A DNA stretch of 61,786 nucleotides, the filler included, from Platydemus manokwari (taxonomy: Eukaryota): the NCBI GenBank assembly GCA_037951405.1. It is 5 parts of 5 records of this genome, joined end to end, with 100 filler letters (N's around TTAATTAATTAA, not from the genome) between each part and the next. Parts side by side here need not be neighbours in the genome. Positions count along the whole stretch, not along the records: positions 1 to 12,655 come from JBBMOY010030013.1; 4 more parts are not named here. One strand, written 5' to 3'. Made by a program: the position numbers and the translations under genes. Below the pieces are notes generated by a model, which had not been told where the DNA came from, did no database searches, and saw only the letters and a program-made list of their open reading frames with translations. Positions 1 through 12,755 of this stretch are shown one piece after another. Within the stretch, counting starts at the first letter, position 1, and every line of letters begins with the position of its first letter.

Positions 1-1
1 T

Positions 2-1105
2 AGACATCTTGGAAACTGGATGAGCTCTCGCTATATTTTATTCAAAACCGCTACAATTGCCATGTGTCTCATACAAGTACTTATCATCACATCAATATTC
101 GACATTCGATTATCCAATTTATCTCAAATATTCTCCACAACTAATGATTCCAATAACACGAAATTTCCAAGATCTGTTGTGGGATTCGTTCCCAATGTCG
201 CAGTGTTGGGATCGTACAACAGTTACAGTATCAATTGCATCATGTCTGTTAATATCATCAATGAAAAACTCTTCACTCTTTTACAACCTCTATTCGTCAT
301 TCTAGCATTATGCAATGTTATCAGCTTGATGTCATGGCTCATCAATATTGGAATCAGACAATGTCGACTCAATTTTATCAACAAACATCTCTCCACATCA
401 ATCAAACAGAAAAATGCATTACTAATTGATAACTTTGTCAATCAATTAGTAAGATGGGATGGCTTATTTGTGTTGAGAATGATGAAGAAAAGTTGTGACA
501 ATCATTTAGTTAATCGACTCGTTAATGAATTGTGGTCACAATTTAACGATCCAAATAAATTATACACCGCTGGTGAGGCCAAATCTAAAAATCATTTGTT
601 GTCATCTGATGAAATTTATGCCTTTCTCTGTGAACAAATGAAAAATTCAAGTATAATTGTCATCGATCCATTTTGTTCCACTGAAATTCTGGACGAGTGT
701 GGAGGTTTAATTTCATTGGGTCATAATCAACGCGATTATCAGATGGCAGATTTGATTATCGCTCCTGTCAATATCAGAAATCAACTTTGGGTTCTATTTG
801 TATATAATATTCAATCAAATATCTCCTATATGTTGGATCCATCCCAACAAGCTTTCCAACCAAATCATGTTCATGAAGCAGGAATGAAATTGACTGAAGA
901 AATAAATAAATTCCGTGATGTAGGTGTTGTGAATTATTGCAACATCGATAACAACACTGATAGAGTGAGACAGAATAGAAGTGATGACTGTGGTATAATT
1001 GTGTGTGGATATGCCATTAGTTTGAGTCAACAATTGCCTTTATCAACTCCAATCGATACCGATCAGATGCGAAGACAGATAAAAATTAATATGGCAAATC
1101 AATAA
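2..1105 (+). CDS. Innexin (TM3-EL2-TM4-C-tail) fused in frame to a Ulp1/C48 peptidase-like domain; 5'-partial
   Basis: The frame is open from base 2 (RHLGNWMSSRYILFK, matching the innexin GNYL..LY.F.K motif). Innexin hallmarks: KFPR, NCIMSVNIINEKLF, DGLFVLRMM, LVNELWSQF. The same ORF continues into clan-CE/Ulp1 motifs: LSSDEIYAF, DLIIAPVNIRNQLWVLFVY, YMLDPS, RQNRSDDCGIIVC, DQMRRQI. No introns; stop TAA at 1103-1105. Confidence 0.8.
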   Translation, partial: RHLGNWMSSRYILFKTATIAMCLIQVLIITSIFDIRLSNLSQIFSTTNDSNNTKFPRSVVGFVPNVAVLGSYNSYSINCIMSVNIINEKLFTLLQPLFVILALCNVISLMSWLINIGIRQCRLNFINKHLSTSIKQKNALLIDNFVNQLVRWDGLFVLRMMKKSCDNHLVNRLVNELWSQFNDPNKLYTAGEAKSKNHLLSSDEIYAFLCEQMKNSSIIVIDPFCSTEILDECGGLISLGHNQRDYQMADLIIAPVNIRNQLWVLFVYNIQSNISYMLDPSQQAFQPNHVHEAGMKLTEEINKFRDVGVVNYCNIDNNTDRVRQNRSDDCGIIVCGYAISLSQQLPLSTPIDTDQMRRQIKINMANQ

Positions 1106-1635
1106 ATGAAACAACCAACAAAGTTTTCTAAAAAAATATGATCGAAACTGTAAATATGGATAAATGTGTTGATATAATGTTTAAATAAATATTTGATTTT
1201 ACTGATAGAATAAATTAGAGTGTTAAATATGTTAAATATGTTAAATTAACTAAAACTTGTTACAAATATTTATTAATAATGCACCGATACACAAAAACCT
1301 GTTTAAACAATAAAATAAAATTACAAATGGGTTTAGAACTACAATATACATTAAATTACACTTATAAGAAACCTTACAACTCCCAGAATTAAGACAGTTA
1401 ACGAATTTCTTCTCTTGGAGCATAACCGGTAATCTTCAAGATTTTTGAACAACAAACTCTATAATAGGAATAAAGCAATATGATATATAATATAGATCAG
1501 TATTTTACAGGTTTCGTCTTACTTTGGGTCTTACATTAAATACCGAGCATATATAGGAGTATTGGTCTTCTGTACCAGATGATCTTCTACTGTGCACTAG
1601 ATTGTCTTGCAAAATAACGTGTCTTCGTATAACAG

Positions 1636-1718
1636 TGGCAGTGAAAATTTGAAACGAGAATTATGGCAGTGAAATTTTGTCAGCGAAAATAATGGCAGTG
1701 TTGATTGTGATTACTGCC
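1636..1718. repeat. Three direct TGGCAGTG motifs at 28-29 bp spacing plus an inverted ACTGCC
   Basis: TGGCAGTG starts at 1636, 1664 and 1693; ACTGCC at 1713-1718. A TCGCAGA..TCTGCGA hairpin follows at 1741-1759. Confidence 0.6.
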
Positions 1719-3253
1719 TTATATAGGTAGCATGAATCACTCGCAGATATTCTCTGCGATTAAATCTAATGCCAGTGAATTTATTATTTTATCGATAGAA
1801 TTTACTCACTGGTGAGAGAAATTCTCTCTAAATAAATTTATTTCACAGAGAAAATATCTCTTGATTAAATTTAATCTAGTGATTATTTTTTTTGTGACAG
1901 AAATTTCATGCGCGAAAATAGATGACAATTTATTTGTCGCTGTTAATGCGCGATATCTCATTGCGTATTGATATTTTATAAAATAATTTATTATTTTAGG
2001 GAAGTTCGACCGGTTTCCTCTGGGTAGTTTTACTGATATTATTACTTTACGCATATATAAATAATAATTATTATAAATATCAATATTTCAAACAGGTTAA
2101 TGGTCAAAAATTCCAAAGGTTTTCAAAATATAAAAAATACATGCTGATTAAATAAAAATTGATACTTAAAAAATTGATACACGTTTCACACGTATTATCA
2201 TGTAAATGTATACACATATTTTTCCCAATGTAAATTAATTGTTATGGATTAATTGTTGGGCCAGAACCCCAAAATGTCTGTTATTACTTATTACATGATT
2301 TCTGCTTTAATGATCAATTAGTTTAGTTATTGTCTGGTTATAATAATGGGCCTTATTCTTTAACCATACTGAATTTTTAATTTAATTATTTTTAAGTTTT
2401 CATATCATGTGTTATGATTTATAAAAGAAAATACTTTATTGAGTGGTTTGTAAAGTAATTAAACATCTTATCGATAAATTATATTTTTTCCAAAAGCCTT
2501 TAAAAATAATGTGACTGATAAAGAAATAATTGCAGCTAAGTAAATCATTTAAGGTGCGCAGAAAGAAAGATTAAAGATGTTAATGTTGCAACCAAAAAAT
2601 TTATGTAGCATTGCTCTGCTTTCATCCTTCAGGCTATAATGAATTTTTTTGGCGATCCCTATATATAGTATTTACAAAGAATATATATCAATAAACTTGG
2701 CTTCGAAAAATATCAAAATTAAATTAATCAAAAAAAATAAGCAAATCAGACTTATTACAAATATTATTAGAAAATATGGTGGTGAGTAGGTATAAAACAT
2801 GACGTAATTATATCGAAAAGCAACTACGTCAGATATTATATAACTAATCTAAATATAAACCTGAAATCATACAGAAGAATACGTTAGCAATATTTTAATG
2901 TAACGTGTAATCAATGATTAAAATTATTGATAAATTAAAAGTAAATCAAAATGATAATGAATATACGTGATAATTAAAACTAAATGATAAATTAAAAGTA
3001 ATTTAATTAAAACCATTTTTCATAAAAACAACCAAATTTTCAAAGAAGATAGTATAATATATAAGACTGTATTTATTTTCATCGTAATATAAATTTAATA
3101 AAACTATTTGTTATTGGCATTTACAATTAAAAATATAATGTCAAACAAAAGAAAATTCTAACCTTTCGGTTGTTTAAACGTATCAGTTCTTATCAAAATA
3201 AATAAAAACACTTTGTCATTCTGATTCATTTTTGATTTATTTTTTTTGAAAAC

Positions 3254-3941
<688 letters not shown>

Positions 3942-5149
3942 GTTGGAAATTGTGTTGATATTTGATTTGATTATCATATAAACCATCAGGGGGGGGGCTC
4001 GTGACCCTTAATAATAATATGAGAGCTGGGCCAATTGTCATTTATATAAATCAATGTTTAATGAAAATAATACTCGATATAGCTGATTAATGTTTGAAAT
4101 TTATTATTTTTTTCATTGAAATAAACTGAAAATTTCATTTTTAAAATTTATTGAGCTGGGAGCTAGGGCCCCGGAAGTCGATTATAATACCCATATCGGT
4201 TGATGAATTAATATCTTCAGACTTGATTCGATGTGAAATTGGGGGAAATGTGCATATTTTGTCGATTTCTAATAAAGAAAAATTGATAATTTGTCTAAAT
4301 CTGTCAGCATAATTTTTTGGTATTTCAACCCCCAAACCCCCCTTCTCCATACCAGTTACGTAACACCTGTCATTCCAAGATTTCCCTTTTTGAAATACCG
4401 CTAAATCTGTCGAAGAAAAGGTTTTCAGTCAAAAAATAATTGAATAAATATGTTAATTATGTGCTTAGCTTATTTTCTTTTGGAGGGGGGTCCTTTGACC
4501 AGAAGGGTCTTGGAGTTGTAATTCGTTTTTATTTCAATTTTCTGCTATTTCTGGAAATCGCCGAATGAAATGATCTCAATTAAGAAGTGAATTGAGGGCA
4601 AAAACGATTTTTTTTCGTTAAATTAAAGAAAACTTGTTTATTATTAAATAATGATATTGTTTGCTGTTTAAACCTCACATGGATGAAAATGGCCGGATAG
4701 CCTTGATAGATCGGTTTGTGGATTTCTCTGTCGTCACTTATATATATATTTGAAAGCATGAATCTTCAAGTATTATAGGAAGGGAATTTCCCTTTCCTCC
4801 AACACAATGTATTCAGAGAACACGCTTCCCAGCAGTGCAATGTCATGCGGATAATTTTTTTTTGGGGTGGAACTAATAAATGGAAGCAGAAAAATGACTT
4901 ATTTAGAAAGAATATTGAAGAAACATTTGGAATAATTTTCAAAAATCCTCTTTAATGGGGTTAGATCCAACCATTCTCCATGGTAAATAAGATCCTCCGG
5001 CAATAAAAATAAACTTTTACTGATGTTACCGATTGAAACGTTAAGAAAAAAGTACTTTTTCCCTTGAATAAACTATTTAGAGATGCTTAGATGGGATTTT
5101 TCCTTGTTTTATGAGAATATGGGTGTTGATTCTATCATTTCCTTGAAGA

Positions 5150-5280
5150 TCCAACTTATTCCATATCAGAATAGATTTCATTCTTTTGAATTGTTGTTGA
5201 GGACTATCGTTTCTGTCAAAAACAACTCTGTAAATTCCTTTGTCAGCGGCTATTATATCACCAGGTATGAACAAGTATAT
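5150..5280 (-). pseudogene. Possible degenerate fragment resembling the LIN-9 Tudor-like segment
   Basis: LFIPGDIIAADKGIYRVVFDRND resembles LIN9 LFTG.I.AVD...YRVTFDR. The flanks contain stops and no gene model can be built. Confidence 0.25.
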
Positions 5281-8200
5281 TTAGCTATAATATTTCAGCA
5301 AACCATATCGATTTTTAACAATGAAATATCAAATCTTTAAAATCCTCACCTCCTCCTTTCATTTAAATCTTTTCTTAAGATCTCTTGCTGAATTCTCTTT
5401 ATCTTCTATATTCTTTATATTTTCTATCTTCTTTATGTTCTCTACCTTCTATAATTTCCTGGAATTGATCTTCTCATAATCAAATCAAAATTGATAGTCA
5501 TTTAAAAACGGTTTGCAGAAAAAATTGTTTTTGACGACAACATTTAAACAAATCATATCGTTTTTTAATATAATGGAATTCGATTTGATAATTTAAGAAT
5601 AAAGCATCTCTGGAGTGATCTTGATTATAACAGAATCCGTTTCTATTATTGGAAATCGATTATCTTCTATAAATGAAATGATTTCTGCAATAAAGATAAT
5701 CATTTAAAACAAATATTTAAATAAATTGTTTTTTTTTTAATATTTTATATTGTGATCTACATTTTGATTATAATAATGATTATATATTTGATTAACCCAT
5801 TATTTGCTTGTATTATTCAGTATTATCACGATTGTTTTGATTTTCAAATAAGTTTTATTTGTTATTTTTTCGAATTTTTTATATTATTAAATTAATAACG
5901 ATAATTTTATCGATTTTTTCTCAACAATTATTCCCATTTATTCACGAAAAAACCATTTATATCACGTGAGCATCGCTTTTCATGACATTTTAAACGATAT
6001 TTTTTAAATCAACCCCAATGAAACATTCTCATTTTATTTCATTTTTCTTTACAAATGCTCATCACAAAAATGTTGAAGATAAAAATCTCTTTCCACTGAA
6101 ATGCTTTATTTTTTTTCCTTTAATTTTCTATAATTGTCATTGATTATTACAATTATATTTTTGATGGTTTTTGCCCTTATATTATCTGATTTTGGTCCTT
6201 TTTTACAATAATTTGTCTCCTTAATCCCAATCGCTTAGATGCACTTTTTATATTTTCTCAGCTGTTTTTTCTGGTTTTTACAAAGAATTTATGTTTGCTA
6301 TTTACACTGTATTTGTTTGTTTTGTTGTAATTTTTGACAGAAATCAATATTAGAAAAATAATCATAAATCAATAAAGTTTGAAGAAAAAACAATATTATT
6401 TAGTTTTTTTATTTTCTTTTTAATATTTTTAAATTTTTATTTATCAGTTTATCAGCGTTACAAATCAGTTGTGCTGATCGATCTGTGGGCATGTGATTTC
6501 ACAGTGGCCGGTTGATAGAACATGTTTTATCCCCAATCCTTTCCACTTTTTACTATCTCATTGAAATTCTTTTCAAATAATTGATCGCATAATATCTTAT
6601 TGAAAGACTGAATTTCTCCGCGATATCTGATTTAATTTCCCCATATTTTTCTTTTGTTTAAATTCTGATAATTGATAAAACAGATTTTCACAATTCTACT
6701 GGATTATTGATAACATTATCTTTTCCTGTCTTTTCCAGGACAATCAAATGAGAAAGCCAATATTTTTCAGTTAACGTGGTTTAAAAAGTTTGTAGCTGTA
6801 GATGTTAAAGATTATTAGTTTTGATTTTCCACCGTTTTTTGTCTTCAAAATATTGCTGATAAAATTTCAAAATGATAAAATATTGATTGATTATTCTCTC
6901 TGAATTCCTTAAATTAAAATCACCACTTTATTAATATTTTTATCAAATATATTCCACCAATCATATTCGCTCATAATCGTCACTGATTTCCTATAGCATT
7001 TACATTTGATTTGGTTATGACTAGAAACGGCCAGTTATTTACACAAATCTCTCCTTAATTTTTGAATTAATTTATCAATGTTGCACACTCACCAACATGC
7101 TTTCCGGCTAGGCGATAATTTTTCTTCAGTCACATTTTATCAATAGAAATTGTCGAAGAGACATACTTCAGACTGCAATTTTATCTGTCGAATTTAATAG
7201 AGATACATTAGATAGAAATTGTTTTTATTGTGTCTTTTGTCCTTTCAGTGACAACATTTCATTCGCCCTTTGATTATTGTTGACAATATTTTCTAGCCGT
7301 ACTTTTATGTGTTATTATTGTTATTATCATCAATGGGTATTGTATCGAATGAGGAGCATAAACATGTCTCTGCTTATGGTCAAAGACCAGAGACTTTAGA
7401 TGAATATTTGTTGATTATAAATTGGACCAATAGAATCAAAGGCCAAAGTACATCATTTAAAATGAACATTCAATGAGAGAATGTCGAGCTATGATTGATT
7501 GATTGATATAAACATATCAGATCATTAATATCTATGGATTTTATATTCAACGATATTTAGAAGCACTTGTTGGTTTGAAAGCTTTTTCCAGCTTTGGTCA
7601 ACTTAATATTGGATTTAAAAATAGATTAATAAATAGATTATACGATAAAATATTCGATTTTCGTGTCAACATTTTTCAATAGATTATATTATTGATATTA
7701 TTATTATTTGATCTTATTAGTGGATAGTTCAAGTGATATTCCAATCATCAGATTGAAGATCACTGTTGATATATCTGATAGTTTATGAATGAATGACTTT
7801 TCCGTTTGATAATTTTCTTCCGTGATAAACAAACCCAATACACATTAATATAAAATGTCAGAAAAAATATCGATTCCCCATTATTTTGTATGTGAAATTA
7901 TCGAATTTTATTCATGCCTCATCTCCATACAAGACCTGGAAAAAGATTAAATTAAAATTTTCTTCAGTTTTGGGCATGAATTTATCTAGGAAGCAAGTTG
8001 ACAATGAGTTGGAATTAAAGGATGATGACAAGGAGTTTGGGAGTACGAGCGATATTGAAATTGAGAAGAGTAATCATTATATAGAGTTTTGGAATTTTAA
8101 TTCATTTTTTCGGTTATGGTTTTTGTTTATTTTTATCAATAGCGACCATGTTTTGCAATGGTTTCGTTTTTATTGATTTCACGCCGGTATGGGGATAATC

Positions 8201-11200
8201 ATGAAAAAAAATTGGTGTCGGTCAAAAATAAGATTTGGGATTTCGTATCATTTTATTTTTATATATATTTATGGGTGCTTCAATAATTTTATAAATAATT
8301 ATATTATTAATATCGATTCAAATTGATAATTTCATTGATTTATATTATCATATCAATAAATCGATTTTATTTCAAATTCATCTCAAATTCCAGTGTAATT
8401 ATAAAAAAAAACATTAAACAGCTCTCTTCTAAAAAAAAAGCAATTCATCGATTTAGAAAAATGCCCTTTTATGATCTAAAAATAGATGAGTTTGTTGATT
8501 GGTTAGAATTGGAAAAGTAATTATCGATCTGTGAGAATTGTAGATATTTTCTGTGTAATAGAAAGTCGTGTGGAATAATGTTTTTAGAAAAAAAAACCAG
8601 ATATCGATCGATTCGATATGAAAATTTCCAATGAGATTTTTGAGTTGAAAAACAACCCCATTTAGATTTATTAATATCGATATTGAAATTATAATACGTT
8701 TCGATCATTATAAAGAAAAACAGACGACATATTTTATAAAAGATCATGCCTGGATAGCACATAACGACTCTTGAAATCGTTAATTCCAATTCTTTTACAG
8801 AAAACAATAGTGTTTACATTTTCATGCTAGTCCAATGATTCAATTCTCTTCAGGCCTTAATGTGAAACCATATTTAAAATTGAATGGCGATTTTAGAAAC
8901 GAAATGGGAAATGTTTTGTGAACTGTGACAAATGAAATTTATTAGATCAAAAATATATGTTCAATTCTTTCCCAAAATGATCTTCGAACACTGATGTTTA
9001 AATTTTTTTTTTGAACTTTAGCTCAATCTCAAAGGGTTCACCTTTCAATTGATATATTGATCTTGGAATGTGATTATTGTTTTGTCTAGTATTTTAATAT
9101 GTAAACATTGAGATCTAGATATTCTTGAAAACATTTGTGGAAATTACTTACGATTCAATACACATATATTTTCAAAATATTATGTAATATGGGTCCATGC
9201 AGTTACGCCAATATTAATAGATCTTGTCTATTAATTTATCCCAAATAGAAATAGGAAAATATTCAATGTACCCGCCCAATGCAATGTATTTAATCATATT
9301 ATCGCAGTAATACGATTGTCAATGATTGCTTTTAAATCGTCTATCACTTTATTTCTACAGCAGAATGCGTTGACTTTTCTGACAAATCAATAAGCGACAA
9401 TAAATTTATGATTTCTCGACATATAAAAAACGAGTGAACCAAGGCATGAAACTTTGTACTTTTCGCTAATAGAGAGATAGAGAAAATTCCAATTATGCCG
9501 TTCAATCGGTTCGATATTAACTTATAGTTACTTTTTGGGCATGTAAATTTCTATGATCGATTAGTAAAATTGTATTATTATTTTTTCATCGAATATCGGT
9601 ATTATTTGATATAAACACATTTAAGAATAATTTGTTGAGTAGCGTTTATATCGGATTTATTGAAAGGATCAAGTAGAATTACTCAACAAGGAATTAATGT
9701 CTAAAACTCATTTGTTTATTGAACCAATCAAATATCGATTAGAATCAGACGTCAGTTATGACTTGATTCGATAAATAAACTACTGTTTATCTGTCACTTT
9801 CAATGAGATATATCGTGTGCAGAGAAAAAAAATCAATATCAAAATAATTTATTATTTCATTCATCAATTATTTCTGTTTCAGTTGAACATTTCGATTCGA
9901 ACAAAACCGAATGATTTACCAGGTCCTTGAACAAACATTTTCGATAAACCATAGAACGTTATCATGTCTAGTTGTTGAACAAAATGCCATCAAGTTGATT
10001 CATATTTTCCAGTGCTTGTTATTAGATTCTTTTTTTTGGATAAATTAATTACTTACATTGGGAATTTGGCTAACTACTGGGAATCCATTGATTTTTTTTT
10101 AATTGATTACTTCTCGATATTGACCAATCACATCGCATATAAGTATTTATAATGTGTTATCTCTGTATATTTATTGATCTATAGATGCATGATATCTGTT
10201 ATAATTATTCCCAATTTATGTATTTTATTTATAAATATTTATATAAAATGTATATTTATCGATTTTTGTATGATTGAGTAATTGATTTCGATATAATCAT
10301 ATATTTATTAGCTAGTGACTTCTAACCGTTAATAATAATTTATTTCATTCAATGGTTTTGCTTTTTATTTTTAATAGAAAACTGTTTACTTGTGGTTTTT
10401 GAATGAGTTGTTTTTTTTAATTATATTATTTAAGTAGATTTTGTTTATATTGATTGATTAATAGTAATAATAATATTTGGAGGAGTTGACAATCGAAGGA
10501 TTTAGTCGATTTGTAATTCGTAATGAATGACACTTGAAAGTCAAAGTGTGATTGGTGATTTATTTGCGATGACGTCATCGAGTGCACATTGGATTTTCAA
10601 TCAGGTGTGCGATTCTTGTAGCAAATTGATCGAATATTAAATAATATCAATCAGTGTATGTGATTGTTTAAATAAGTGTCGAGTGTATTTTGTTTTATTG
10701 ATTTGATTATGAAATATATTTCAATTGGTGGAAAATTTCTCATGTCCCAAACGATATGGACTTCAAAATGAGTGATTTGTCGGGGATTTGTTGTGGTTAT
10801 TGAATTGAATATAGATCAAATCAATAAAATAAAATACGTATTATAAATGTGAAGTACTTAAAGAAGCACTGTAATAATTCGAAGACACAATGCGAACATA
10901 TTTCTGTGATTGTTCCTCATGAATTTCAGATTGAAAATATTATTTTTAAACCGTAGTTATTAGTTTCAATCATTAACTCTAACCAATACAGACAAGTTTA
11001 AACAAATCGATTGATTTGTTAAAAAATTTTCGTACGATTTGCAGTGTAGTGATGTCTTCTCTGGATCCAGGTGATTTATAAAGAGGATTTTTATAAATTG
11101 GAGAATTGTTGATATATTTTGAAATAATATATGCTTGACAAATTATTTGGATCATTGATCAATAAAGCCGTCTGGAATAGAAAATATAAACTTATTAATG

Positions 11201-12586
11201 ATATAGTTTTGATTATCGATTTTTATTAAATACACCAAGTGAACAATTTATAAGATATTCCAGGAATTTATATTATTTTCATGAAATTAAACTAATATTC
11301 TCTTGAGATTATATACCATGTGACAAAGCAAGTTACAGTGTCGCTAGTTAGATTAGCTTCTGATTTGAATGAAATCTTATCAATTGGATGCCATGTATTG
11401 TGCTGATAAGAGTCAAATGACAATGGAAACGAGTTATCATTGAAATATAGCTTTGAGAATAATTTCTGCAATACTTCTGAGAGTTTAACCACTCACCGGT
11501 TTCATTTCCTTTTCTACACATCAGCTACTAATAGGATTTCTAATCTCTCATTTGATAATTCGTTATTGATAAACACGAACTCACAGCGATAGCATTGGTG
11601 ATGGTGCTAACTGTTACATACTACCAGACACCTGTTACGATTGTTTTTTGGTTCCATATCAATCAATTCTTTTAAATTTCAGTTATTATAGTAAAATGTT
11701 TTGTGTCATCTTTCATGCCAATGAATCCCATGTTATTCCAATAAAAGAATTTATTTTGAATAAATGTTGTAAAGATTTAATGATATGACTACAAAATATC
11801 AAACACTACACCATTAGTTTAATACTACAATATGAAAGCATTCAGAAGAATCAACTGGTATGAACCTGATTATGATGGACGTGGACAGTTATTTGGTGAT
11901 TATATTTTAGGTCACGCATGGTGTATATGTTGTTTTCTTAAATATTATTCTTGATTTAATATTCGATGAGTTGTTGAGACCAATTAAAGTCATCACTCAC
12001 CATTATTGTTAGAATAATCAATATATTATTGTTCTTAGTTAAAATAATAAAAAAAAAATATATTTATTCTATCAAAATACAACAAAATCTGGTTAAAACG
12101 AATTGTCTGTTGTCAAGAAATGTAATCCGGATTAAATGTGCAATATATTCTTTGCATTAAACAAGGCAGTGATATACCATTTTTAGTGTGATAAAATCGA
12201 TGAAACATGTTACTATGTGAGAGAGATGCAATACGATTGTCAACAGAAATAATCAGTCATATTATTTTTCATGGAGCTTTTAATAATTATGTGATGTGAG
12301 TGAGAATTTGGAAATGGACAGGTGTAGAGCTTTCTTTCAAGGTTTCTGAAAGTACCGGTTATCAATGTTATTAATGAAAACGAAACCAGACTGGAATAAT
12401 TTTTAAAAACCCAGAAAAGCACCAAGAACTCAAACATTCATCATTATAATTATAACAAGATCAAGTGACATCTGTCAGTAATGATAACAATAAAAAGGTC
12501 AAAATAGTTTAAACTATAATAAAACACAGACTTATAATAATCAAAAACTAGAAAACCGATGAAATTTTTAAATAAAAATGTATATA

Positions 12587-12655
12587 CCAGGTTGAGTCAA
12601 AAGTTATTCATGTTTTTATGCAGGTATTTTATTAACACAAATTGTTATAACGCTG
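12587..12655 (+). mobile_element. Terminus of a Tc1/mariner-type DNA transposon, truncated by the contig end
   Basis: TA followed by CCAGGTTGAGTCAAAAGTTATTCATG..., a Mos1-like TA-CCAGGT start. It is the exact reverse complement of 49252-49320, which also ends at TA. Confidence 0.75.
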
Positions 12656-12755
12656 NNNNNNNNNNNNNNNNNNNNNNNNNNNNNNNNNNNNNNNNNNNNT
12701 TAATTAATTAANNNNNNNNNNNNNNNNNNNNNNNNNNNNNNNNNNNNNNNNNNNN
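12656..12755. other. Artificial contig linker (N44-TTAATTAATTAA-N44)
   Basis: 100-bp spacer with a six-frame stop 12-mer at 12700-12711. Confidence 0.97.

Noticed and set aside
3987-4369. Possible hAT MITE (CAGGGG...CACCTG) in the last REEP5 intron
   Set aside because: The termini match only weakly and there is no target-site duplication, so it cannot be supported.
4380-4447. Candidate REEP5 terminal exon
   Set aside because: The nearest acceptor gives a stop after four codons (DFPF*), so the true last exon cannot be determined from sequence alone.
12700-12711. TTAATTAATTAA palindrome recurring in all four gaps as a possible biological motif
   Set aside because: It is centred in fixed-length N runs and gives stops in six frames, so it is an assembly linker.
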